Shown here: positions 35,402-49,105 of the stretch, piece by piece
How positions within the stretch are numbered: position 1 is the stretch's first letter
Layout: each line of letters opens with the position of its first letter
The notes under the pieces: generated by a model
Database searches by the model: none
What the model saw: only the letters and a program-made list of their open reading frames with translations
What the model was told of the DNA's origin: nothing
Translations under genes and position numbers: made by a program
From: Patellaria atrata CBS 101060
Taxonomy: Eukaryota
DNA length: 64,000 nucleotides
Assembly: GCA_010093705.1 (NCBI GenBank)
Contig: MU006103.1
Location: 1 to 64,000, forward strand
Direction: 5' to 3'

Positions 35402-36597
35402 TCACAACTCATCAAAGATTTGCAGTCTTGATGCGTTTGATTTATTCGGCTTTTGGGCCGTCGTGGTGGGCTTCTCCAAGGACTCTTTCGAAGCTTTGGC
35501 ATGAACACTCTGTAGAATCTCCTTCACAGGTGGTGGAATTGATACTTGGGAGAGATCAACAAGATCCACGCTGTGGACATGGCCTTGATCAGATAGTGCG
35601 GAATGCGGATCTGAATGCGGCTTGAAGTTATAGAAGATAAGCAGTGCAACGAACACAACTACGGCACAACCGAGTATACTCCAGAATATCCTAAGTCGAC
35701 CTTGAAAGCGATAATGAGCGCATGATAAGGTAGAAAATTGATTTCTGAACTCACGAGTTATTGTCCCTTGCCACTCGCCCTCTGCATTCTCATGTTTTTC
35801 AACGCGCTTTTGTACATCCTCTAGCCGCTTAATTAAGCGTCGTGCTTTATCCTTGCTCACGAGAACTCGAGATTCTAGCGCATCAACCTGGGCCATCTGT
35901 TTCTTGAACTCGCCAAAACCGTCAACCTGGGTATTCACGTCTTCTTCCAGCTCATTTGCCCCATTTTGAAATTCATCGTAGAGCTCATTGGTGGCTATGG
36001 ACAGCTCTTGAAGTTTGCTGATGGTCGATCGTAAGGATGTTACTTTCTCGAGTAAGGAGTAGTAAGTATCGTCAAGATTACGTGTGGTTGTTAGGGAAAG
36101 ATCATTGAGATTGTCAAAGGATTTTAGAATCTCCCTAGAATAGAGTAAGTCTAGGATAATGCGCTTCATTGGATCAATGTGCCTCACTGTTCTCGTGCTT
36201 TGGCACGCTGTCTCTCTTGTTCTACATCCTCCGGACGTATGATTCGGGGTTGTAATACGGCCTTCGGTTCTATGCTCCCCTCGGCAATCTGGGCGCTTCC
36301 TCGTCGGCTTCCCACATTGCTTGTGGTGGGGGAGTGGGTAGAACTCCGAGTGCTGTGCTTGACTAGGTCATGGAGGGATGAAGGGGGATGAAGCTGGATC
36401 GCAGATTGTATTTTATCTTTAGCATTGTGATGATTTTTATGATGGTGATGTATCGAATGCAAGTGTGGCTTTCGGGACGTCCGTTCTTCCTGAATAGGCG
36501 CAGTGGTACGGGGAGGTGATTCCAGTTTAGGTAATGCGGTGTATGAACGTCTGAGCGGCGGTGGTTTTGGGCGCTGAGTGATATTATATGCTTCCAT
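35402..36597 (-). CDS. Hypothetical coiled-coil protein with a single C-terminal TM (2 introns)
   Basis: Two ORFs joined by GT-AG introns (~36137-36186 and ~35703-35755); His-rich N-terminus, TTRNLDDTYYSLLEK coiled coil, TM IFWSILGCAVVVFVALLIF. Confidence 0.75.
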
Positions 36598-37183
36598 TAT
36601 ACAGCGAAGCTAGCTGTAGATTGATGAAGGAACTGCACTCATCCCCGATGGGATTGCTGATTGCAGTTGTCCAAGGTTTGAAGCATCTGCACCTTGACGG
36701 GAGGAGTAATAAGATCTGAGATCTGGTCTTGGCATATGACGGACCCCGAAATGTGCTGCTAAACTTACAACGTCGAAATGGAAAACAACCAATTGTAATG
36801 TTTCAAAGCTTTAATAGCTGCCTATATTATATTAATAACTAATTCCTATTGATCTATAAGCGGTACGGCATCCTCGGACCTAATCCTTGAGCTTTATGTG
36901 AATCAGGGTGGTATCTACCATTTTATCTACGTATGAGAAGCTAGCACATAGGGATCAGTTTCGACTACTGTGACTCTGTGCTCAATTTACAGGATTCCCA
37001 GTGGGATTCGTCCAACATTTCACTTCCTTCTATGTTTTGGCAATCCTGATTTCTTGGTTTCCCGTTGACTCTCTGGGGATGCAAGCGTACCGCCGTAGTG
37101 CAATACATGCAATACATGCACGTAGTATTATAGGCAGAATGATGCGATGATCTTTCATGTCACCTCAAAGATTGATCGATCTT

Positions 37184-37664
37184 TCATGATTTCAGGAGTT
37201 TGTTTCTCTTTTCTCGCCTCTTCAAGCGTTCTACCCTCTTACGGTGCATCTTTTCTGCCATCTTTTCGTAGCGTTCTTTTTCTTCCTTTGCAGCCCTCTT
37301 ATTCCGGATATTCTCAATCCTCCGCTTGAACGAATCATGTAAGTATTTAAAGGCTAGCGTACAGGGATGCTCCCTTACCTGTCGTTCAGACTCTTTTTCA
37401 TCTTTCATCTCCTTCTCCTTTGCTTTGACGGCCGACATTGATTTGCGCTCTTCCAAACGCTTTGCATACGAGTTGCTTCCGGCTTTAGGCCTGAATCTAG
37501 TCTTTGGCTGATGCCATTGCTTGCCTGGATGATGTCTGTTAGCACCCAAGACCGAGTGTCTCGAATCCTCGAATGGATCGCGCACCATTCTTTCGCATGC
37601 CCGTGACTTGATTTACGGAGGCCGTGATCGGGGCACTCTTAGGTTGCACAGCCTCAGTAGCCAT
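37184..37664 (-). CDS. CGR1: rRNA-processing protein Cgr1 (2 introns)
   Basis: [51 protein letters not shown]. Confidence 0.93.
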
Positions 37665-37839
37665 AATGACGTTCAGTCACGGGTCTCTCTGTTCTGACCG
37701 GGTTACTATGCCGAAAAGGTTTGCTTCAGACTGGTAGGTAAGATTGCCACACAGAGAAGGAAAACGTTTGGTTGTGGGGAAGTTAAGAGCTGGGGAAGAA
37801 GAAGAAAATTAACGGACGATCAGACGAACTATCAGATGA

Positions 37840-37876
37840 GATAAGACAAAACATCTTATCGCAGAGATTAGATAAG
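37840..37876. promoter_or_regulatory. GATAAG/CTTATCG cluster upstream of CGR1
   Basis: GATAAG 37840-37845, CTTATCG 37855-37861, GATAAG 37871-37876, ~200 bp upstream of CGR1 ATG. Confidence 0.45.
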
Positions 37877-38838
37877 ATCTACTATGACACTTACCGTTTC
37901 CAGACTTCCGCTCAGACTGCTGAAGTGCTTACTGGTGGGATAACGCCTTGAGTTAAAGGGAGAAGAGCCGCAATAACCAGCTAAAAGTAATGGGTCCTTT
38001 AAGATATGTGTGCTGTAGTGTGCAGCGAGTTGTCGAGTACTGCTCTTCCTATGATAGGTAAGCGGTGAGAGGACGTATTCTTGACTGTACTTGAAGGTGC
38101 AAGTGCTCCGAAACTCGGGTTACACAGAGGGTGGAAAGCTGGAGCGGGAAACGCCTTGGACGATGTAAAGCTGGGCTTGGCATTGCAAAGATCTGGCCAA
38201 GGCTTGTCTGTGAGAAAACTCAAGAAAGAGCGAGAGTCCGCTAATAATAGTCCATGGTCTCGTCGGCCCGACATGTACTGTAATGTACATCGTCGTCAGT
38301 GTGCCTTAGGTTGATTTGTATGCAAGTCTGAAAGAATCTCTGCAAAAGAATCCTACAGCCCACACCTGACCTACGACCCGACAGTTAGTAAAAGCTGTAA
38401 AGAGCTGGAGCGCTCTGCGCTTATTGTTACACCACACACGCTGCAAGTAAAACTCTGACTACCGTCACATTTGAGTTTTTACTTTCTATCGCATGTGCCG
38501 CAAACCGAAAGACTACGCCGCATGCACCACCTTGCACAATTTTCATTGCACTTTGCCCCTCAACTAGTCCTCCGAAATAGGGACCCCTCGAAGATATGCA
38601 CACTTAATAGGTGCGTCATTGCAATTTGACATGTAAATCCCTCGTGTTTATGCTGACTCTGACCATTAGGCTGGGCCGGTTCGCACGTTTTAGCCATAAC
38701 AACATACCAAACGACACACCGCCCTCACTACACACCCCACAGTCCGTACTTGTACTTAACTACGATGAGTCCACGGTAATACTGTCTTCAAAACGCCTCT
38801 CTATATTGCAGATACACGCTTGATCGAGACACCAAGTT

Positions 38839-39882
38839 ATGTCCTTCACTGCACCTGCCACTACACTGCATGATAGGGCAGATCTCATCCCCCACGCGGT
38901 GGCTTCTCTGGAGGAGCAAGAGGCCATCGCTAACATAGGAGAGAATGCTCTCAAAGATATTGCCTTTGGGTCTATAGCCGGAATAGGAGGAAAGTTCCTA
39001 GAGTACCCCTTCGACACCGTCAAAGTACGGCTACAGACTCAACCCTCACATTTACCTCCTCTATACAAAGGTGGTGTGGATTGTTTGGTCCAATCTTTCA
39101 GGAAAGATGGCCTCTACGGCGGCCTATATCGTGGTATAAGCGCACCACTCGCAGGAGCCGCAGCAGAAAACGCTTGCCTGTTCTTTGGCGTAAGGAACCT
39201 TATCCTAACCTTTTTAGGGACAATGCTAATAAGCAAGTAGAAACGGTTTGCCCAAAACATCCTCTACGCCACCCCTTATACTCCTACCTTATACCCAATT
39301 AGCACGTCATTCTTCTCTGGTGCTGTCTCTGGTGCCTTCACTTCCTTTGTCCTTACACCAATCGAACTTCTCAAGTGCAAAGTCCAAGTACCCGTTGTAA
39401 CAGCCTCAGGAGCTCTGCGAGAACAAGGGTGGATAGCACTCACAAAGACCATCTACCAACATGGTGGCCTTGCTGGATTCTACCGTGGACATTCGGGAAC
39501 CTTCATTAGAGAATCTATCGGTGGAGCTTTCTGGTTCGGAATGAACGATCTTATGCTTCTCAAGTTTAAGGAACGGCGAGCTGCCAAGGGACTCGATGCA
39601 ACAACCGTACCTATCACGAGCCAAATGATCGCCGGAGCTACCGGTGGTATAAGCTTCACTGTCATCTCATACCCTGCGGATACGATCAAGTCACGACTAC
39701 AGACCGAGGACGTCAAGGGACTCACTGCCGGTAGGCAAACGTTCTTAGGTTCAGGAATCGAGCTCTGGAAGCAGCAAGGGATCAGGGGTATGTTCAGAGG
39801 CTGCGGCATCACCATGTTCCGGTCAGCAATTAGTTCGGCTACGATCTTCACGATTTACCAAGTGCTGGTGGACCACTTTTGA
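38839..39882 (+). CDS. ORT1: Mitochondrial carrier, ornithine transporter-like (Ort1/Arg-13), 1 intron
   Basis: Three PX(D/E)XX(K/R) repeats: [56 protein letters not shown]. Confidence 0.8.
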
Positions 39883-40447
39883 TCTTCATCATTTATGAGA
39901 GGGAAAGGCGTTACGGGTAACGAAAATTAGATGAGGCGTAAGGCGTACCTCGGAGTTAGGAAGACCGGTGTTAGTAAGAATGGGCGGGCAAGGGTCAACA
40001 GACTCCGTTATCAGTTCTAGTGTTGTACATATGATATCCCACGATGGTTCGCATTTAGAACGACCACATTATACGTCTTTTTCATGTTGTCCCTTTTGAC
40101 AGCCACGTCCACATGCAAGGGCTTACTTTCGCTTATTCTTAATCGCCGCAAGCGCCTTTTTGCGGGGGACGGGACGGGATCTTTCAAGCCTCGGCGCACG
40201 TCGTCCGATCCATCATGAAGGAACACCATGGGCATCGTTTCCCTTGTCTCTCTACCTCCTGCACGTGTCAGCATCGTAACTTTTTATGATACTCATGATA
40301 CTACAACTTCATTTATCTTTTGGACCTTTCTTGACTACCTTTACACCATCACTCTGTTTTGCGTAGCCTTTAGAGTGTCTTTCGAAGCTCCTCCCTCATT
40401 GTCTTAAGCCGAGGTAGCACGAGGACGACGAATAGCACACATACGGA

Positions 40448-41526
40448 ATGTCGAGCTCCTCGACGTTAAAGAGTATAGAGGTACATTTGGTCAAAGTAGA
40501 TATTAGGACCACAATCGCTAATATACGACAACTCTCTAGGCCGCAATTGAGAAGATAATCCTAGATCCCCGCTACCATGCGCCCCTCACGCTCGTCAAAG
40601 GCGTCCGCAATGGCATCGTTTACGGTACCAAGATACGCTTCCCACATGCGTTGGTGTGAGTAAACCGGTATAATCCAGGAGTATAGGGCCATGCTGATGC
40701 TGTACTTAGCATGATGTTCCTCTTCCGCTCCGGCACGTACGTCTTCATTCTATACCATACCACACCACTCCCACACCCCCTTAACATAACCCAGAGTCCG
40801 CCAAAAGCTACGATTAGTCTACAAAGCGACCCGCCAACACGCTCGCAACCTCGCTCTCTTCGCCCTCGTCTACAAGTCCTCCCTCCTCCTTCTAAAATCC
40901 TCCCGCCCCTCCGCAAAGGAAGGCCACTACGACACTTTTCTCGCCGGACTGACGGGTGGTTATCTCGTCTTCGGACGGACATCGCACAATCCTGTGACGC
41001 AGCAGATCGTGATCTACGTCTTCGCGCGGGTGATGCTCGCGATGGCCAAAGTCGCCATCACGCCGCGGGGGGTGGAGGCCGTGCCGGGGAGCGGCGGCGG
41101 ATGGGGCCTGTTAGGCGACGATAGCGACGGGCGCAGGAGGAGATATGTGGAGAAGAGGGCGTGGACTGTGTTTTCCAGCCTTAGTTGGGCGTGCGTGATG
41201 TATCTTTTCAGGTGGCATCCGGAGAACGTGCAAAGTAGCTTAAGGAGTAGTATGCATTATATGTGGGTTTTTTCTCTCGTTGGAACGTCTCTCTTCTTAT
41301 CATACCCCTTTTTCTTCTTATATCCGTCTTCTTCGCAATATCTCTCTCGCTCACAGCATCCCTTTTCTTCACATCCTTCGTCTCCCTCTTCCTTACTTAC
41401 AGTTCTACAACGTGTTTGAGTCGATCTTGGACTTCGGCTTGGGGATCCATATGCTAACGAGGATACAGCTACGTCCAATCCGACCACTGGGACTCCCTCC
41501 GCAACTTCATCCTGCACAACAAATAG
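40448..41526 (+). CDS. PXMP4: Peroxisomal membrane protein 4 (PXMP4/PMP24, Tim17 family), multi-exon
   Basis: KGVRNGIVYGTKIRFPHALV|MMFLFRSG, HARNLALFA, QQIVIYVFARV, QSSLRSSMHY. Confidence 0.9.
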
Positions 41527-42458
41527 ACCACCAATCCTCCCTTCAACATATACCACAACATCATATCCCCAATCTCAAGCCTCAAGTCTCAACAGCATAT
41601 CACGGTGTCAGGCGTCGGGCGTTTCGGAGCTCATACCCTTTACCTCTATCTAGTTTCTGTCATCGCATCTCATTTTAGGCGTAGGGGTATCATACATAGT
41701 AAGCCATAACCCGAGACAACACAACATAGACTTAGAACAGCGCGGACGTACAGTCCAATTCAACCCACCGATCCATACACATTCCCAAATCTGAACCCAG
41801 ACCATCAATTCTTTTTCCCCGTTTCATTATTCCCGTCCTAAAAATACCAAAAGAGATAAAATAAAATGGCGAAAGTTTCCAAATTTCCCTTTGGGGTGTT
41901 TTTTTCCGGCTGCTTTTTAGTCCGGTCCGGGTTCGCCATACAAACCCCCACCGGTACTCCCCCGTTTTCGTTTCTGTTACGTTATTTCTGAGTTACTGGG
42001 TTTACTTTTGTTTACGGACTAGACTACGGGAGTAGATGGACGAGTTGATGGATTTCGCTGTTTTTGTGTTTATATTGGGAAGCGTTGTGGAGGATTTACA
42101 GGTCAAGTTAGATGTGTATGATGGAACAGGGTACGATGGGCAAAGATATTACGCAGAATGTATCAATCCACTATTACATCACGGAGCTCTCTACTTCATG
42201 TTATGTATGTATGGCATTTATATTATGTCTTTAACCGACAATAACCTAATCTGCCGAACACCCGACAGGTTCGATATCCACCTATTCGGCATTAGACTCG
42301 CTATAATCTACACTCAGATATTTTTTGGGGGGGATCACGTACCGTGCATATGTAAAGAGGAGAAGCAAGGCGACAGTGTCTCTCGTGCAAGATCCGAGCC
42401 ATTCATGATCCTTTGAGCAAACCCCATGAAAGCAATCTTTGAGGGTCCCAAACCGCGA

Positions 42459-43811
42459 TCACTTCATCGCAGGATGGTCATCCATTCCCTCCAGAAGACC
42501 CTGCAGATGGTCCCGGAATGACTTCTCGAAGCGTCTGAAAAGCGAGGTGTAAGAGTTCTCCCAGTTTGGCCTATATGTGTCAACCGGGAAATCCAAGTTG
42601 ATCACTTCCAGGCCGGCCAGCTTGTCGTTGGTCCTGCGGTATGCCGCCTTGAAGTAGACGCCCCCGTCCTTGAAGATGGCTTTGGCTGCTTTACATCCAT
42701 CATCACCGTAGAAGGCAAACGCACTGTAGTGAAATACAACACGGGTGATATTCCTGCAATTAGCAAGGAGACTCCAGAAGGCCGGGCCTGTTGAGTTGAC
42801 GTAGCTGGTTATGTGGATGTGAGTGATGTACGATTTCACAGGCGTGTTGATGGCAAGGAAGTTAGAAACCACGGTTGACGAAGTGAAGTTGAAGACATTT
42901 TGACTAACCACAATCTTGTGGGCTTCCTCGTAGATTTGGCGGTTCACGCGGAGCAGACCAGGTTCGATGGACGGAATGTCGATGCCTTTCTTCTGGTTCT
43001 TCTTACGACCGTCATTGTTCCTCTTCTTGCGTACGGCACCGTTGCTTATATTTGATCCGCGTCCGCCCACTCCAAAGAACATACCACCAGGAACGACGAG
43101 GACGAGTTCGTAGATCATGTTGCGGATTTCTGCTGGTAGTTTCAGGAAGGGACTATGACCTGAATTTAAGTGAGTAGTTTCTGGTCGAGGCACCACAGTA
43201 GTGTTGGTAGATGGTGGTATGTTGTGAATAACAAGAGCTTGCTTGCCCTGATAGAGTCGCTCATTCAACATCGTCGAATCGATAACCGAAAATGGCTCTG
43301 AGGATCGAAGCGTGATGTGCTGTACATATCCCCCCTGTCCGTCTTTCTCAGCAAATCGGCATCCGCTCTGAATGTAACAGTTGACTTTCCCCTTGGAGTC
43401 GTCGCAGCTGATGATTAGGCCCGGCAAAGGGTTAGATATTATATTGCTTGGTGAATCATCAAGAGAGTTGAAGGAGCCCAGATTCTGGGGTCTCGGGGTG
43501 CTTGTCAGAGATGAAGCTGGACTGTTACGAGAGAGCTCTACTTGCATGTTTGATGCTCTTAGGTGTGGCAACTCGTTGGTTAAGCCCTTATCCGACACAT
43601 GAGACAGAGGTCCAAATGGATTAGGTTTGGAGACGTAGGAGGGTCCATCAAATCCAGCTTGAGAGAACACAAAGGTAGACAACGAGGGCGTAGCAACAGA
43701 AGACCGACCGATATCTTTGCGGGCTTTGGGTTGGATAGTAGCACCTTTATCCATTGGCACTGTAGAACGGTTCGCTTCACGAGGGACGATAGGACGATAC
43801 GCCGGTGCCAT
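42459..43811 (-). CDS. Hypothetical protein with F-box-like/2EXR-type motif
   Basis: 450-aa ORF; SPFLKLPAEIRNMIYELVL and LLRVNRQIYEEA..I...N.F motifs. Confidence 0.75.
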   Translation of the reverse strand: MAPAYRPIVPREANRSTVPMDKGATIQPKARKDIGRSSVATPSLSTFVFSQAGFDGPSYVSKPNPFGPLSHVSDKGLTNELPHLRASNMQVELSRNSPASSLTSTPRPQNLGSFNSLDDSPSNIISNPLPGLIISCDDSKGKVNCYIQSGCRFAEKDGQGGYVQHITLRSSEPFSVIDSTMLNERLYQGKQALVIHNIPPSTNTTVVPRPETTHLNSGHSPFLKLPAEIRNMIYELVLVVPGGMFFGVGGRGSNISNGAVRKKRNNDGRKKNQKKGIDIPSIEPGLLRVNRQIYEEAHKIVVSQNVFNFTSSTVVSNFLAINTPVKSYITHIHITSYVNSTGPAFWSLLANCRNITRVVFHYSAFAFYGDDGCKAAKAIFKDGGVYFKAAYRRTNDKLAGLEVINLDFPVDTYRPNWENSYTSLFRRFEKSFRDHLQGLLEGMDDHPAMK

Positions 43812-44799
43812 GCTCCCTACGCTTAAGAAGCGTGAGGAAGATGGCGTGTTTCGTGCTGTTTATGTTGTAAGTAGAGGGAATTGAGGCAGAGAAGTTGAGA
43901 ACAGAGGTTCCAGATAAATAAATAGATGCCTGAGCCGCTCTTGGCGGCCCGTCATAGACGCAGATAGTGGACACGTGAGGCGGTAAATGGAGGTGCATCG
44001 TGAAGCGCGCGATAGAAAGTCGGCTTTGTTCGAGAGAGAGTTCAATGGTGCAGGCATGGGCGAGTGACGAGAAAAGCTGAGCGACAAGAAGACACGGCAT
44101 ACCTCGGCGAATATAACTGACAATATCAGCCCGAAGATATCTGTGAAAAAATGTCAGTAGATGAAGAACTCTATGACTGGAACAATATGCATTTGATTCT
44201 AGTCACTGGTGGTACGAGCTCCACTCACCGACGCCGACTCAATTGGTTGGTATATATAGGATATAGATGCCCCCGAACATGCTGAGGTCGCAAAGATCAC
44301 GAAATACGTTTGAATGAAGTACAAGAGAAAGATCCTGCAAAATGACACACGCTCGTACAGACATCAAAGGGCTCGCGAAGCTTTCGGTACAACGGAAACG
44401 ACCTCAGTATAGAGTGAATGGAGAACTGGAGTATCGATCTCGACGTGTGTTCCGAAAAGAAGCCCAAAAGGGTGAGCGAGAGAAGAATGTTAGAACAAGA
44501 GACGGGACGGGAATCTTAAGACGGAAATATTTAAGGTTGGGAGAAGCACACAAGGCAAGAGCAATGGGTGACAGCATCACTCTTTCCCAATTTGCCCAGT
44601 TCAGGTTAACCTAATATACCGTAGATACTTAAAGGACCACCTCAAGGATAATCTACCTATTATTTTTCGAAAAGATATGTATTATAATCATACTGGAATA
44701 AGATTGTACTCGAAACCGCTCACTACGTAATACATGTTACCAGGTAAAACACCATTGAGAAACACAACAAAAAACTACTTCCCTCAACTATCCTCTACT

Positions 44800-47700
44800 C
44801 TAATCATCATCTTCTTCAGTACTAGCCTTAGTAGCAATGATGAACCTACTCTTCCCTGATTCATCAATCTCCTGCTCCAACGCAAATTTTTGGAAATGCG
44901 CAATCATATTCTCAATCTGCGCATCCTTGCGACTACGAGTCTTACGACCCAGGTCATTGAGCGCAGGAATACGGTTCAACAGATAATACACAATCGCAAT
45001 GACGATAGTGACGCCGATGGAATATGCCCAAACTACAACAACAGTGACGATATCGACCCAACCGTCTTGGCGCTGGCGAGCAACATCAATCGGGTTGTTG
45101 ATAATAGGATCACCAGAAAGCCAACCGAAGAGACAAAATATTGTTGCGAGAGCATCGACGCCGAGAATAGCTCCGACGAGTTGCCATGAAGGCCATGTCT
45201 TGCCACCGCGGGTTACGAAGATGAGCCAGTTTTCTGTAAGTGCTACTTCGAGGAAGAGGATTTCCTGAACAGAGCCAAAGTTTTGGATTATGCCACCATT
45301 TGGAAGGTACATTGTTCCACGAATAACCCAAGTGCCCAACGCTAGAAGAATTCCGAGGATTACTGAGATGATCCAGATCTTGGGTAGCTGCCACTCAACG
45401 GGCCGATCTTCAGAATGGGCATTGTCATAAGCGACGGCGACAGTAGCCAAATCAGCGAAGAGTGCAAGGAAGACGATGAGTTCAACGCGGATAGTTTCGT
45501 TGATGATGATCATGGAGGTGACGAGGTAGATTTCAAGGTGTAAGCATAACGCAATACGATACTGAATATATGCTTTCATGCGCTGGAAGATTTGGCGAGC
45601 GGTTTTGATAGCGAAAACAATCGTGCTAAGGCCGGGAGCGAGAAATACGATGTCAGCAGCTGCTTGTGCAGCTTCCGAAGCACCTTCAACAGCAATACCG
45701 CAATCGGCTTTCTTGAGGGATGGAGCGTCGTTGACACCTACACTTGATTAGTCATTTAAGCAGTGACAGACAAAGAGTAACATACCGTCTCCGGTCATAG
45801 CTGTCAAGTGACCGCGCTGTTGGAGCATTTCAACCACCTGATACTTATGTTCAGGGAAGACTTCAGCGAAACCATCAGCGCGCTCAACAAGATCGTGCTG
45901 AGTAGTACCACTGAGGCCACCATGAATGAGCTTTTCGGAGTTGTAGACCTTTGTTCCTAGAGCCAGCATCTTGCAAGTCTCTTTTGCAATCGCAATAGCA
46001 TCACCAGTAAGCATCTTGACAGGGACGCCCAGTTGCTGAGCTTCAACAATGGTCTGTGCCGTGTCTTCACGCGGAGGGTCAAACATCGAAAGTAAACCAC
46101 ATAGGATCCAGTCGCCACCATTCTTTTGGTATGCAACACCCAGAGAACGGAAGCCACGACGTGCAAATTCCGTCGCCTTATTCTTGAATAGATCTGATGT
46201 CTCCTTGCTGCAATTGGTGAGATTCAAGATTGCCTTAGGAGCACCTTTGGCGCAAACATATTTGTCATTTCCATTCCAACAGACGGCAGTGATTCGTTTG
46301 GACACTGGATCGAATGGAGTGAACTTCTCAGTTCTCCAACCCTTAGTGATCATTTCCCTAGCCTTAGGGTAACGTTTGAGTGTTAGGATGGTAACTTTGT
46401 CGATCGGATCCAAAGACTTCGTATTATGGGAGGAGGCAAGTGCAGCGACAGCCATCATCCAGTTGACATCTTGACCTTCAGCAACATACGGCTCGCGGAT
46501 ACTCAGTTGGTTGGCCGTCAACGTACCCGTCTTATCGGAGCAAAGGACATCTACGCCAGCTAGCGATTCTATAGCAGTAAGCTTTTGTACAATTGCTTTT
46601 TGCTTGGCCAGGTATGCAGCTCCAACAGCTAGAGTAGTCGTCGTCACAACTGGAAGACCAACCGGTACTCCAACGATCAAAAGAATTAGGGCATAATGAA
46701 GTAAGTTAATGGAGCTATCCTCCGGAGTGGCAATCTTGAGATGTCGGAAGAATCCTCCAATCCAAGCAACGAGAATCCAGAAAACGACCAGTACGAGTAA
46801 AGCAGTTCCTATGGAGTTCATTATTGCTTTGAAATGACCCTGATCCTTGGCACCCTCAACTAGACTAGCGGTGCGGCCGACGAAGGAGTATTTGGCTGAT
46901 GTTGTGGCGACTGCGTACGCCTTTCCACGTTTGCAGCCAGTTGTGTAGTAACACATATCACCCATAAATTTATCAACTGCAAGTGACTCTCCCGTAATAG
47001 CGGATTGATCTATTGCAAGGATAGCATGCCCATTGTTTGTATGTGGGCCTTCATCTGCTTCATTGTCGTCAGAATCGCTGCCGCTTTCGTTCTTTTCGGG
47101 ATCGCCTTCGTCTGCAAGTTTGTCGGCGTTTTTGAGCTCCTTGTAGCGTTCAAAATCTTCCGGGGTGTTATAATCGCAGATCAACCTGGCATCGGCCGGT
47201 ACGGTTTCACCCTCTTCAAGAATGATCTATGCTTAGTGATTAGTGTATTGGTTTAGTCCAGTCCAGAAAAGGACGTACAATATCACCAGGCACAATCTCA
47301 CGTGCCTTGATGCCCATTTCCTGACCATCTCGAACAACGGTAGCTTTCATGGCAATGTCACCTTTGAGACTAGCAACGACATCTGCAGCTTGCTTTTCTT
47401 GATACCAGCCGACAATAGCATTCAACATAAGAATGCCAATGATAACACCAAAGTCAATCCAGTCACGTAACCCTGCTGCAAGGAGGACAGCAAGTTCCAT
47501 AACTAGGAACGGTGTTAGTACCAGACCTAACTTAAAGAGAAGTACCATATACCATAAAGAATGGGTCCTTGGAAGTAACTCAGGAATTGCTTGAAGAGGT
47601 TGACCTGCTCACTGCTGATTTCGTTCCACCCATAGCGTTGGCGACGACTCTCGACATCACTGGACCTGATACCCTGTTTGATGTCGACCTCGAGCCATTC

Positions 47701-47976
47701 ATCTGGTACAACTCCCGGATCTGAACATGTCGCCAGTCCAGAATTTCCTTTCCGCCAGAACTGCCACCAATGTTTGCTCTTTTTTACATCGGCACTATTC
47801 TTCAATTGACCTTCTTCGTCTTCGATCACAGCTTGTTTCGGGTCGCGGTAGGTAGAGATATACTTCTGAAGATTGGTATATTCGTCCAGCTCGCCCTCCT
47901 GGAAATCGTCAGAATACCGCGTACCTTCAGCGGAAAGATTGCCGTTTTCAAGGTCCTTGTCCTTGTGAGCCGACAT
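44800..47976 (-). CDS. PMA1: Plasma-membrane H+-ATPase (P3A), 3 introns
   Basis: DQSAITGES, CSDKTGTLT, KGAP, DPPR, MLTGD, MTGDG|VNDAPSLKKAD, ALFADLATVAVAYD. Confidence 0.96.
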
Positions 47977-49105
47977 ATTTGTTCAGGAGGGATTGAAAGA
48001 ACTTACCCTTCCCCAGCAGGGCCATTGGCTAGATATGTATGAGTTCTATTCTTCTCGAAAATGCCGCGGTATGCGCTGGTTCTACTATTTTTTTTTCCAC
48101 ACAGCAGCAGGGTAGCAATAGTGAGCTCCTGTATTCGTCCATGGTGCGGGATTTGTGACTGGCTACTTAGTTGTGTTGCCGATGTCAGAGGCTAGTAATT
48201 CCTATGAGAGCCGGGTGAAAGCCCGAGGGATCAGGCATTGTGCGGGATATAAGGAGTTGGAAACGTAAGTGGCATTGAACCCAAACTGTCAATGACGGTT
48301 TTTTTCAATGCTTCCGATGCCTCCCATCCAGTCGGAATTCCTAGTTCCAATCGAGTATGCGAGATAGTCTAACGGATGCCGAGAACAATGGGAAGCTTAA
48401 TATCAATGCTTTGCCATGCTTGGTAGCTCCAAGCTACATACAGAAGGCTTAACTCGCCCAGAAAAGCTTAAGAAGAGAAAGGATGGCCATCCGAAGATCC
48501 GGTAAACGCAAATCTAGAGATATCCGGACGTTATCTTACCATACATTGCAGTTCGGATAGAAATGCATCATCCGTGTTGACAGAGAATTCGGAACTCATG
48601 TGGAAACATATGCAAGTAATCTCTATCCCAAATAACGAGCCTCGTTCATTTGTTTTGCAAATTTCTAAAAGCTAGGCTAAGAACTCCAGATTCTTCGTCA
48701 GAACCCGAGTTGACGCTTGAAGAGGGTAGAGATGATGAGGAGTCGGCGTCCGCGCTTAGTAGATCCCGATATCTCACTTCCGACGCTTCCGTTGCGATTC
48801 TACGAGATATCGCCGAAAGTTTAGTGCCATTTAGGCAATCAGTTCCATCACTCAAAAATTGTGTGGAGCAATCAATAGGTAAGGGAAACAAATATCGCTT
48901 AAGAACTTAACGGTGAACAAGTGTTCTAGCAATTGAAAGTTTTGAACATTAAAGTAGTGGATTAAAATTCAATACCGAACGTCCTGCTACGTTCGGTTGG
49001 TTCCTGCAAAACCTCTTAAGGTTTTCCTAGAATAAACACATGCAGTGGAGTCCCGGAAATGCGTTGCAAAAAAAAAAAAGTGCCGAACAGGGCGAAAATG
49101 ACTAT

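Noticed and set aside
38654..38771. Gcn4/CpcA sites upstream of the ORT1-like gene
   Set aside because: Only TGACTC and TGAGTC 6-mers, lacking the full TGASTCA; expected by chance.
42036..42416. 126-aa + strand ORF
   Set aside because: No motif or supporting splice structure; abuts the 3' end of the convergent gene.
48483..48910. Possible small spliced gene upstream of PMA1
   Set aside because: Protein-like composition, but no intact start-to-stop model or motif could be built.
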